From NCBI GenBank assembly GCA_963754875.1, contig CAVWHO010000008.1, positions 160,001 through 224,000 of the forward strand: a stretch of DNA of 64,000 nt. Reading direction: 5' to 3'. Below, piece by piece: positions 24,584 to 33,098 of this stretch (position 1 is its first letter; the number at the start of each line of letters is the position of its first letter). This stretch comes from Nitrospirota bacterium. GTDB lineage: Bacteria; Nitrospirota; UBA9217. Made by a program: the position numbers and the translations under genes. The notes under the pieces are model-generated. The model was not told the DNA's origin and made no database searches. It saw nothing but the letters and a program-made list of their open reading frames with translations.

Positions 24584-25816
24584 CTACCCGATCAGGTATC
24601 GCCTCACCATGTCGAGCGCCATCTGCGAGGCCCTCATACGTACCTGTTCCCTGTTGCCGATGAGCCGGTACTCCGCTGTTTTGGTCCCCTGCGGAGAAGC
24701 GAGTCCGATATGAACCAGTCCTATTGGTTTTTTATCAGTCCCGCCGCTCGGCCCGGCAATACCTGTAACCGAAAGCCCCAGGTCCGTGTGCGCGGCCTGC
24801 CGGATGCCCTGCGCCATGGCAGCAGCTACTTCGCTGCTGACCGCGCCAAGGCGATCGATCAGGTCAACAGGCACGCCGAGCATCTCATTTTTCGCACGAT
24901 TGCTGTACACGACCGCCCCACGCTCGAAATACTCGGAGCTTCCAGCGATGTTCGTGATCCGTGCGCCGATCAGACCGCCTGTGCAGGATTCGGCCACGGC
25001 AAGCGTGAGCCTGCGCTGTTTCAGGAGCGCGCCGACCACCTCTTCCAGTTCCACACCGTCGACCCCATAGATCGCATCACCGAGTTTTTCCCGGATGACT
25101 GCTTCGGTCCGTTCCACAAGCGTCTGGACCTGTTCTCCGCTCGTTGCGCGGGCAATGATACGGACGTCCACGCCGGTCTCTTTGACCGATAAGCCGACCG
25201 TCGGCTCATTGCGCCGCATGATGTCCTGGATGGATTGGTTCACTGCGGACTCTGATACGCCGCAGGTGCGCAGCACTCTTCGTTTGATGAATGATTTGTT
25301 GCCGAAGCGCTGTTCGAGTGCGGGTTTGAGCACTTCGCTGTACATGGCCCGCATCTCTTTCGGGACACCGGGGAGTACGGCAAGGAACGGGCCCTCTTCG
25401 TCGATATAAAAGCCCGGCGCAATTCCGGCCGGGTTCAAGAGCAGCCGCGTGCCTGCCGGGACCAGCGCTTGCCGCTCGTTCGCGATGATGACGTCCTTGC
25501 CCCTGCCCGCGAGCCTGGCGTGGATCGCCTTGCGGGCATCTTCGTTCAGGATAAGGCGCTTTTTCGTGATCTTGGCAATCACCTTGCGGGTAACATCATC
25601 TTCCGTCGGGCCGAGCCCTCCGGTGATGATCACCGCATCAACCCGTTCCAAAGCCCGCTTGAGAGCCTCTTCCATGTCCTTTTCATCGTCCCCCACCACC
25701 GTCTTAAAGGCGGTTTCAAGGCCCACGAGCATGAGCTCTTCGGAAAGGAAAACCGAGTTTGTCTCAACAGAACCGGTCAGCAGTTCGGTGCCGGTGGCTA
25801 TGATTTCTGCGCGCAT
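24584..25816 (-). CDS. cinA: Competence/damage-inducible protein CinA (MoCF plus PncC domains)
   Basis: TGGLGPTEDDVT, LPGVPKEM, AESCTGG, TGIAGP. Confidence 0.95.
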   Translation of the reverse strand: MRAEIIATGTELLTGSVETNSVFLSEELMLVGLETAFKTVVGDDEKDMEEALKRALERVDAVIITGGLGPTEDDVTRKVIAKITKKRLILNEDARKAIHARLAGRGKDVIIANERQALVPAGTRLLLNPAGIAPGFYIDEEGPFLAVLPGVPKEMRAMYSEVLKPALEQRFGNKSFIKRRVLRTCGVSESAVNQSIQDIMRRNEPTVGLSVKETGVDVRIIARATSGEQVQTLVERTEAVIREKLGDAIYGVDGVELEEVVGALLKQRRLTLAVAESCTGGLIGARITNIAGSSEYFERGAVVYSNRAKNEMLGVPVDLIDRLGAVSSEVAAAMAQGIRQAAHTDLGLSVTGIAGPSGGTDKKPIGLVHIGLASPQGTKTAEYRLIGNREQVRMRASQMALDMVRRYLIG

Positions 25817-25902
25817 ATCGGTGGGTACCTTCCATTAATCCATGGTTCTACGCGTTGGATTGTATCATCGCAACACGTGAACAGTCAACGAAAATTGACT
25901 TT

Positions 25903-26463
25903 CTACAACAGCTCATACGCCCATATCTTCCCGTCGCTGCGGACTTCCTCAACACGCTTCACGAGCCTTTTTTTGTACAAGTTCAAGAGACGCGTGCCGC
26001 TCGTGTTTGGCTCAATTTTTTTCGCGTCCGAAAGTTCCTTGGACGTGGCTTTCTTCTTTTTCACAATAAAATCGAGCGTGTCTTTGAGATAACTGTTGAG
26101 ATTCCCCAAAACACTCCTGCTGCCGTCCTTCATTTCGGCCATGACTGCTAGGTCCTTCCGCTCGACAGCGACCTCGATATTCTCCTTCTGATTCTCGTTC
26201 AGCCCAGCAAGGAGAATGTACTTGTCCCCATACTCGCCCGAGAGCAGTCTCGACACGAGCTTAGCCACGATCTCGTCAGCGCAGGAATAGTCGATCACTC
26301 CGATTTTAGAAAAGTCGAGGCTGATGACCGCGCCATCGGGTTCTTTCTCGATGTCTTGCTCGATCCGCTCCCGGATCGCCTGACCCGATGGCCGGGTCAC
26401 GAGGTCCTTGGAACCGTTGCCGAGTTCTTCTTTTAAGAGTTTATAGAGGTCATATTTCGACAT
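25903..26463 (-). CDS. STAS-like (DUF4325-type) domain fused to winged helix-turn-helix; CapS-like regulator
   Basis: N-terminal ..TRPSGQAIR..VISLDFSKIGVIDYSCADE..; C-terminal TSKELSDAKKIEPNTSGTRLLNLYKKRLVKR..GKIWAY. Confidence 0.7.
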   Translation of the reverse strand: MSKYDLYKLLKEELGNGSKDLVTRPSGQAIRERIEQDIEKEPDGAVISLDFSKIGVIDYSCADEIVAKLVSRLLSGEYGDKYILLAGLNENQKENIEVAVERKDLAVMAEMKDGSRSVLGNLNSYLKDTLDFIVKKKKATSKELSDAKKIEPNTSGTRLLNLYKKRLVKRVEEVRSDGKIWAYELL

Positions 26464-27302
26464 TAACCGTTTACTTCCTTCAATATATATCTCCCGATTG
26501 GTTCTGCATCTGCTTCGCCGGAGACATCGAATTTTTCAAGTTCCCAGCGCCCGCCCATGCCTACGGCCTTCGCTGCAAGGTGCAGATTGGCCATCGCAAT
26601 TCCGCAGTCAAGTAAATGATAATCCTTGCCCTCTCGCTCCTGGTGTTTCTTCTTGTAGACCATGATCTCTTTGTCAATAAGGATGAAGCGCCAGGGCTGC
26701 TTGTTCATCCACGAAGGCGCCCTGCGCGCGGCTTCTAGTACGCGACCCATCCGCTCGTCTGCCAGAACTTTCTCAGGCAATGGCGTGCCAGGACGTTCCC
26801 AGAAGAAAAGCTCTTCCAGCGGTTTGCGAGTTGATGAGCCGGCCATGGCCCGAAGCGAACGGCTCACAAAGCTCTGTTCTCCAACGCGGCCGATCGGGGT
26901 CAGCACCATCACGCGCCAGGAATGATCGAGCCCGAGGTTGGAACGGAGTGATGCTTCCTTGAACATGAGACCGACCCAGCAGGTGCCCAGGCCTTTGCGC
27001 GTGGCTTCGAGGACCATCTGCTCGAAACGAAAGCCCGCGTCCATAAGATAGCCTTCGCCCTCCTTCGACGCGAGGACGATGTAGTGCGGGGCGCGGATGG
27101 TCTTGCCGTAATTGCCGATTACACCCTTGACCTCTTGGCCCATCTGCTCATGGGAACGGAGAAAGAACCGCATCTCAACCTGCGTCAGGGCTTCGGCCTT
27201 TTCGCCGGCGAGCCGGATGGCTTCGAGTTCCCCCGTCGCCACGGGTGCGGGTTCATAGGTGCGTATGCTCATGCGACGGGAAATGGCTTCCAGGATGTCC
27301 AT
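26463..27302 (-). CDS. Tandem-domain nitroreductase family protein
   Basis: RRMSIRTY, GLGTCWVG, ARRAPSWMNKQPWRF, LDCGIAMANL. Confidence 0.88.
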   Translation of the reverse strand: MDILEAISRRMSIRTYEPAPVATGELEAIRLAGEKAEALTQVEMRFFLRSHEQMGQEVKGVIGNYGKTIRAPHYIVLASKEGEGYLMDAGFRFEQMVLEATRKGLGTCWVGLMFKEASLRSNLGLDHSWRVMVLTPIGRVGEQSFVSRSLRAMAGSSTRKPLEELFFWERPGTPLPEKVLADERMGRVLEAARRAPSWMNKQPWRFILIDKEIMVYKKKHQEREGKDYHLLDCGIAMANLHLAAKAVGMGGRWELEKFDVSGEADAEPIGRYILKEVNG

Positions 27303-27404
27303 GCGGCTCCTTGTACATTTGTGACTGCCCTGCTCCAATCTTAACTTAAGGTCACAGATTGTGACCTTAAGTCTGCAACCGCAAAGGAGCGAATCGCCAA
27401 ACCA

Positions 27405-27452
27405 CTTCAATTGATTCAATTGAAGTATAATAAACTGGATGGACTTTGTCAA
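27405..27452 (-). promoter_or_regulatory. sigma70 promoter with overlapping palindromic operator
   Basis: TTGACA (27447-27452), 17-bp spacer, TATACT (27424-27429); CTTCAATTGA-T-TCAATTGAAG palindrome at 27405-27425 over the start site. Confidence 0.7.
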
Positions 27453-27532
27453 GGGTTTTTTTTGAGAAAGACCGCTCACGCAGGCCGAAGCCTGCGGCTA
27501 CAATGCTGCGTGGAATGGGAGCTGAAGGAGGC

Positions 27533-28375
27533 TTACACTTCCGGCAGCATAATGTTGATCTGGCTGCCGGGGAAAAAGGTGAGATTCCGCTCCTGGTCAC
27601 GGCCCCTCGCCCATGAAGGGATGATGGAAAGACGGGCTGTGCCGGACCGAATCGAGAGCTTGCCCTGCCACTGCGTGACGAACTTACGGACCCCGGCGAG
27701 TCCGTGTCCCCTGCCCTCGTCTTCGTAGCGCGATGCGCCGTGGAGCAGGGCCTTGTCGATGGCTTCGAAATCGCTCTTCAGTTGGAACCTGTTCGCAAGG
27801 GACTTCCGGAACCCGATGCCCACGTCCATGACAGCGATCTTCACGATATTCTTTCCCATGCTCTGGTAGCGGTACTTCTGGATGCCGACGAAGCCTTTGT
27901 TCTCGCTGTGCTCGATGATGTTCTGACAAACCTCGGATAGAGCCACGATGAAGCCGTTGATCGCCCGTTCGTCGTACCGGAGGTGCGTGGCGAGAATGGC
28001 CTGGGCGCGGTCCCGGACCTTGCCGACGATGAAGTGGATGTCGTTCGATTTTTCGATGGGAGTGATTTCGAGCAGAACGTCCGAATCGGAACTGCTTTGA
28101 TACTTCCCCGGCGTGATCGTTGACGTGTGTTCGAGAGCAAAATAATTCTTTGCAAAAGTGAAGAAGTTCAGACGGTCGAGATATCTGCAGACCTCGGCGG
28201 ACCGGGGAAGGAGGATGGTTTTCCGCACGTCTTCGAGCATACAGAGCTCGCCGATTTCAAGGAGTCCCAGCATGCCGTAGGGATCGACAAAGGAGACGTC
28301 GCGAAGGTCGATCTGTTCCGAGTGGATGAAAGAGCGGAGGGTCTTCTCGAACGTATCTTCGGTTATCTGGGTCAT
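27533..28375 (-). CDS. STAS-like plus HATPase_c anti-sigma-type kinase; CapK-like
   Basis: N-terminal IDLRDVSFVDPYG (STAS-like); GHKL boxes ALSEVCQNIIEHS, DVGIGF, GRGHGL; no HisKA domain. Confidence 0.75.
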   Translation of the reverse strand: MTQITEDTFEKTLRSFIHSEQIDLRDVSFVDPYGMLGLLEIGELCMLEDVRKTILLPRSAEVCRYLDRLNFFTFAKNYFALEHTSTITPGKYQSSSDSDVLLEITPIEKSNDIHFIVGKVRDRAQAILATHLRYDERAINGFIVALSEVCQNIIEHSENKGFVGIQKYRYQSMGKNIVKIAVMDVGIGFRKSLANRFQLKSDFEAIDKALLHGASRYEDEGRGHGLAGVRKFVTQWQGKLSIRSGTARLSIIPSWARGRDQERNLTFFPGSQINIMLPEV

Positions 28376-28836
28376 CGGTTGAGCAAATAAGCAGCTATCT
28401 GGAGCAGGATGTTCGTGTACACCCCGGCCCCGATGTCGTCGAGCATCACACCAAGACCGCCGTGAACATCCTGCAAATCATGGAGCGGCCAGGGTTTCAG
28501 AATGTCGAACACGCGGAAGAGGATAAAACCTGCAGCAACATATCCCCAACCAACAGGAACCATGAACATGGAAATGAGATAGCCGGCGATCTCGTCGATC
28601 ACGATCGACGGGCTGTCCCGTTTGGCGAGTAATACTTCAGCACGGCCGGCGGCCCATGTCCCGATAATACAGACCAGGCAGGTCAGGATACTATAAGGAA
28701 GGAGACCGGCATTCTTCACCGCCACATAGAGAAGAACACCCACGAGCGTTCCTGCCGTACCCGGCGCAAAGGGGGACTTCCCGGAATACGCACCTTCTGC
28801 GATAAAAAGAATGACTGCGTTCGATGCTTTGCTCAT
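28372..28836 (-). CDS. pgpA: Phosphatidylglycerophosphatase A
   Basis: APGTAGT, IVIDEIAG, FRVFDILKPWP, GGLGVMLDD. Confidence 0.95.
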   Translation of the reverse strand: MSKASNAVILFIAEGAYSGKSPFAPGTAGTLVGVLLYVAVKNAGLLPYSILTCLVCIIGTWAAGRAEVLLAKRDSPSIVIDEIAGYLISMFMVPVGWGYVAAGFILFRVFDILKPWPLHDLQDVHGGLGVMLDDIGAGVYTNILLQIAAYLLNR

Positions 28837-28924
28837 CTGCCTCAATTCTTTGAAAATTCGGTGCATGATAGCGAGCGCTCTTGGGTGTTATGGGGCGAGT
28901 TATTAATGGTCAAAAAATGATATA

Positions 28925-29013
28925 GACCCATCCCCTTCTTCAGTCTCCCCCTTGAAGGGGGAGAAATACGGTTCCCCTCTCCTTCAAGGAGAGGGCTGGG
29001 GTGAGGATGGGTC
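28925..29013. repeat. Composite palindromic REP/MITE-like element
   Basis: GACCCATCC...GGATGGGTC ends enclose TCTCCCCCTT-G-AAGGGGGAGA and CCCTCTCCTT-C-AAGGAGAGGG hairpins. Confidence 0.7.
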
Positions 29014-29026
29014 CTGAGTGAAAGAT

Positions 29027-29608
29027 CTACATATCCCCGTTCTTATCCAGTTGCACACCACCGTCAGCGCCCTGCGGGATGGAGCACCGGAGCGCATCGA
29101 ACGCCAGGAGAACGCGCTTCTCCCGCTCCAGCTTTTCCGGGGCAATCGGTTGTAATTCTTTTCCCGATAGCATGGCGATCAACTGCTGCTTCGACGGGAT
29201 CGCATCAAACCCTTCTCCAATGACCTTACCCGTCATCGTATCGAGTATCACTGCACTCATCGGGTCCATGACCACTGCGACAGGGACGGGCAAACTGTTC
29301 AGCACGCGCGCCGCAGCCACGACATGCCGTTCCCGGGACGACAGAGAACCGGGGGCGCATTTGACCACCATCGCCTGCCTGTTGTCCACGGTCACGAGGA
29401 AGTCCACGTGTGACTCCACGGTCTCAGGCCCCAGCGTAACAGGAAAGCGGATATTTTTCCGCACATCAGCCTGGGTATATCCCTTCTCATTGAGAAGCAC
29501 ACGCTCCGCGATATGCTTTACCGCAGCCGTCATCTCTTCACCGTCAGAGATCTCCTGCTCAAGGATGGAGAGAATTTTCTTTTCCCGAGTTACAAATTCG
29601 TCTTCCAC
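29027..29608 (-). CDS. Stand-alone HsdR N-terminal-like (restriction-endonuclease-fold) protein
   Basis: LLNEKGY..., VDFLV...MVVKC, ARVL pattern. Confidence 0.6.
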   Translation of the reverse strand: MEDEFVTREKKILSILEQEISDGEEMTAAVKHIAERVLLNEKGYTQADVRKNIRFPVTLGPETVESHVDFLVTVDNRQAMVVKCAPGSLSSRERHVVAAARVLNSLPVPVAVVMDPMSAVILDTMTGKVIGEGFDAIPSKQQLIAMLSGKELQPIAPEKLEREKRVLLAFDALRCSIPQGADGGVQLDKNGDM

Positions 29609-29625
29609 GTTCTAACCTCGAATCA

Positions 29626-30219
29626 TTATTTTTTCTTCGCTGACTTCTTTGCCGAAGCCTTGCGTCCCTTGGCCGGCTTTGTTGGACGTTTCGCAGTTTT
29701 CTTAACGGTCTTTTTGACGGCCTTTTTGAGTGTTTTCTTCGCCGCTTTTTTTGCAGTTTTCTTGGCTGCTTTCTTTGCCGCTTTTTTCTTCGGAGCCGAG
29801 CGTTTCGGCGCGACAAGCTTAGCGCTTGGCATCAGCGTGGTAGAGCCGGACGCGGTCGTTCTGGCCGGGATCTGCAGCGGCGCCTGTCGCGGCTGCCTCT
29901 CCGGCAGGATCCCGAGAATGTTTCGTTCGCGCACCAGGACCAGTTCCTCGCCGTTTATGGTGTAGGTCTGGCCCGCAAACTGTTCATAAAGCACACAGTC
30001 GCCCGGCTTTACGGTCGTGGGAATGAACCGGCGGTCTTTCTTCTCGACTTTTTTCTTTCCGTACTTTTCCTCCTCCAGGGCGCCGGGGCCGATCGCCTCG
30101 ACGACGCCTTCGTGGGGCTTTTCCTTCGCCGTATCGGGAATGATGATGCCGCCCGCGGTCATCTCGTCCGCTCCGGACGGCCGTATCACGGCCCAGTCTT
30201 GCAATGGTGTAATGTTCAT
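29626..30219 (-). CDS. groES: GroES-like co-chaperonin with long Lys/Ala-rich C-terminal tail
   Basis: PLQDWAVI, TAGGIIIPDTAKEKP..GVVEAIGPG, VKPGD.VLY; tail KKKAAKKAAKKTAKK... Confidence 0.8.
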   Translation of the reverse strand: MNITPLQDWAVIRPSGADEMTAGGIIIPDTAKEKPHEGVVEAIGPGALEEEKYGKKKVEKKDRRFIPTTVKPGDCVLYEQFAGQTYTINGEELVLVRERNILGILPERQPRQAPLQIPARTTASGSTTLMPSAKLVAPKRSAPKKKAAKKAAKKTAKKAAKKTLKKAVKKTVKKTAKRPTKPAKGRKASAKKSAKKK

Positions 30220-30436
30220 AGTGTTCCTCCTGTCAGTAAGATACGGTCATGCACGTATTATACGGAAATTTGTCCCTCCTGTCAAAACAAGGGATGAATA
30301 ACCGCGGCAAAAGGCGGGACAGGCGTCGGCAGAAAAACTGCCTTGACAGCAGGGCTGCATCATTGTATAAGAATGCTGTTCGCAGCTCCTTCTGGGTGCT
30401 CGGTTTTTGAGACTATGTTTTTACGGGAGATACATT

Positions 30437-31015
30437 ATGAAGAATACCGGCCTTGCATTACTCGCAGCATGTGTTTTACTCTTGTCAGGCACCTTGGCCT
30501 TTGCAAAAACCATCAGGAGTTCATCTGCCGGATTACAAACAAGTGAAGCGGAAGTGGACGGTTCCTTCGCTTTTGCAACGGGGCCGGGGTCTTTTGATAC
30601 GGGTTACGGCCTCAATTTCGGCGCAGGTTACACGTTAGGCGAGATCGATAAGAACCTCCAGGCAAGGGTGGACATTTCGTATTTTCAGTTCTCCTACGAC
30701 TACGCTTTCGGCGGGGGCTCGACCGGCCTGAATTATACGAGGGTACCCATCACTGTCAGCGGGAGATACTACCTCCCCGTCATGGATAAGCTGAGGGTCT
30801 TTGGCCAGGCAGGACTGGAAACCAGCTTCGATCATTCTGATTATTATTCGGGCGGCAACAAGCAGTCGAAGACCGAATTGAATCTCGGCATTTCACCAGG
30901 CGCGGGCGTTGAATTCTTCGTGAACAGGCACATCAGCATCTTCGCCCTCGGCCGTGCGCATCTTATTTCAGACAGCTACTTCAGCATGCAGTTCGGCATT
31001 GCGTCGTATTTTTAG
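30437..31015 (+). CDS. Outer-membrane beta-barrel protein
   Basis: Signal peptide, alternating beta-strands, C-terminal aromatic (..ASYF). Confidence 0.8.
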   Translation: MKNTGLALLAACVLLLSGTLAFAKTIRSSSAGLQTSEAEVDGSFAFATGPGSFDTGYGLNFGAGYTLGEIDKNLQARVDISYFQFSYDYAFGGGSTGLNYTRVPITVSGRYYLPVMDKLRVFGQAGLETSFDHSDYYSGGNKQSKTELNLGISPGAGVEFFVNRHISIFALGRAHLISDSYFSMQFGIASYF

Positions 31016-31073
31016 ACTTCAAGAAGTGCCTCATTACCTAAATCTTTTTGATAAAATTTATGGCTCACGAAAA

Positions 31074-31105
31074 GAAAGCCCCGGACGTATTTCCGGGGCT
31101 TTTTT
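31074..31105 (+). terminator. Rho-independent terminator
   Basis: AAAGCCCCGGA-CGTATT-TCCGGGGCTTTTTT. Confidence 0.8.
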
Positions 31106-31166
31106 AATTAGATCGCGTTGTTGCGATGATACGATCCTTATCGTATTTCGGTCATGCGCAGCACAT

Positions 31167-31461
31167 TCAAAGAACCAAATGTGGACGATAGGCGCGCACC
31201 CAGCGCCCTCCCGACTCACTGCTCACCCCGCATTCCTGATGGATCACCGCGGCAGGAACGCTCTCCTCAAGGTACTTCTTAACTACTTGAAGCATGAAAT
31301 CGGCTCCATAACGTCTGTTTCGCTCTGGAACCTGCCTTTTTGCACCGTTCTTCTGTATACTCTTTACTGGTTCCATCGATGACACTCCTCTCGTTAACCT
31401 AAACTTGGAGTGCCACCCTATTTTCTCATATCTTTGGTATCATTAACTGGTGGCTACGACA
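31167..31461 (-). mobile_element. IS remnant (transposase N-terminal HTH only; IS3/IS481-like)
   Basis: RRYGADFMLQVVKKYLEE...ECGVS...RWVRAYR HTH ends prematurely; a possible TGT-initiated end lies at 31461. Confidence 0.55.
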
Positions 31462-31875
31462 ACAGCGTAATGACGTCTCAGGTGGGAGGGAATCGGAAAT
31501 TTATTAATTAAGAAGCAGGTTGAGCGTTCCGGATGGCGCCGGGGGCAAAAGGCGTCACAGGAGCTTGTTCCGCTTTACCGTAAGCATCCCATAAAGAGGG
31601 CCTGCGTCCATTTATTTGAGCTGTCTGAACGTCAGATGGAAAAGAGGAGGATATTCGTCACCAAGGCTGCTTTCTTCCCCGAAAACCTCGCCACTGCAAG
31701 GTCGAGTCGATATGGCTTCCGGACGCTTCTATGACACTATCGGCCTCGATAGGGAATAGAGGTTTTTTGAAAGAATGTACAAGAACGGTCGCAAAAAATC
31801 TCTGAATGTTTTTAACGGTGTATAATTAGGGGAGTTGTTCATTGCACAGCGGCTAAAGCATGCGGGAGGTCGGCC

Positions 31876-33009
31876 ATGTTCGGTAAACGCCTAAAGCTGT
31901 TTCGTCTCCTCGGGTTCGAGGTCCGCGTCGACCTGAGCTGGCTGGTTCTTGCCCTGCTCGTCACCTGGTCCCTGGCCGACGGCCTGTTCCCGAACTATTA
32001 TAAGGGCCTTGCCCGGGCCACCTACTGGTGGATGGGCGTAATCGGGGCTGTATTATTTTTCTTCTCCATCCTGTTCCATGAGTTCTGCCACTCCCTCGTT
32101 GCCCGCCGGTTCGGTCTGCCCATGCGGGGCATAACGCTCTTCATCTTCGGCGGCGTGGCGGAAATGGACGATGAACCGCCGAGCCCCAAAGCCGAATTTT
32201 TTATGGCCATAGCCGGCCCGATCTCCAGCGTCGTCCTCGGGGCCGTGTTCTATGGCGCGGCATGGCTGGCCACGACGTCCGAAGCCGCGATCGCCGCTGA
32301 AGGCGTGCTGACGTACCTGGCGGCCATCAACGGGGTCCTTGCCGCATTTAATTTGCTCCCCGCTTTTCCGCTCGACGGCGGCCGCATTCTGCGCGCGGCC
32401 TTGTGGCAATGGAAGAAAAACCTGCGCAAGGCGACACGTACTGCATCGCGTATCGGTTCGGGATTCGGCATCGCTATGATGTTCGTCGGCGTGATAAATT
32501 TCCTCTACGGCAGGTTCATCGGCGGGCTCTGGCAGTTCATGATCGGCATGTTCCTTCGCTCCGCCGCCGAGATGTCCTACCGCCAGGTCCTGCTCCGCAC
32601 GAAGCTGGAAGGCGAGACCGTGAAGCGGTTCATGAACCCGCGGCCAGTGACCGCACCGCCGTCCATTACGATCAAGGAACTGGTTGAACAGTATTTCAAT
32701 CAATACCACTACAAAATGTTTCCCGTCATTGAAGGAGAAACACTGTTGGGGTTTATCACGACCCGGCAGATAAAGGCAATTCCGCGGGAAGATTGGGGCC
32801 AAAGGACCGTGGCTGAGTCGATCGAGGGAGTTTCAGCAGGGAACGCCGTCAATCCCGGCACGAGCGTTCTCGAGGCCCTTTCGATCATGGGCAGGACAGG
32901 AAACAGCAGGCTCCTCGTCGTTGACGGAGACCATCTCGCAGGCATCATCACGCTCAAGGACATCATGGGATACCTGGCCGCGCAGATGGAGCTGGAGGAA
33001 GGAGACTAG
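31876..33009 (+). CDS. Site-2 (M50) zinc metalloprotease with CBS domains
   Basis: HEFCH, FNLLPAFPLDGG, two CBS repeats. Confidence 0.93.
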   Translation: MFGKRLKLFRLLGFEVRVDLSWLVLALLVTWSLADGLFPNYYKGLARATYWWMGVIGAVLFFFSILFHEFCHSLVARRFGLPMRGITLFIFGGVAEMDDEPPSPKAEFFMAIAGPISSVVLGAVFYGAAWLATTSEAAIAAEGVLTYLAAINGVLAAFNLLPAFPLDGGRILRAALWQWKKNLRKATRTASRIGSGFGIAMMFVGVINFLYGRFIGGLWQFMIGMFLRSAAEMSYRQVLLRTKLEGETVKRFMNPRPVTAPPSITIKELVEQYFNQYHYKMFPVIEGETLLGFITTRQIKAIPREDWGQRTVAESIEGVSAGNAVNPGTSVLEALSIMGRTGNSRLLVVDGDHLAGIITLKDIMGYLAAQMELEEGD

Positions 33010-33098
33010 ATCTTCCCGCTCCCGATGTGCGCAGCCCCCCAATGCAGCCTCGCAGCAATTCTGTTTCGCTCTTCTAGACGGCCGTTCCGATGAGGGGA

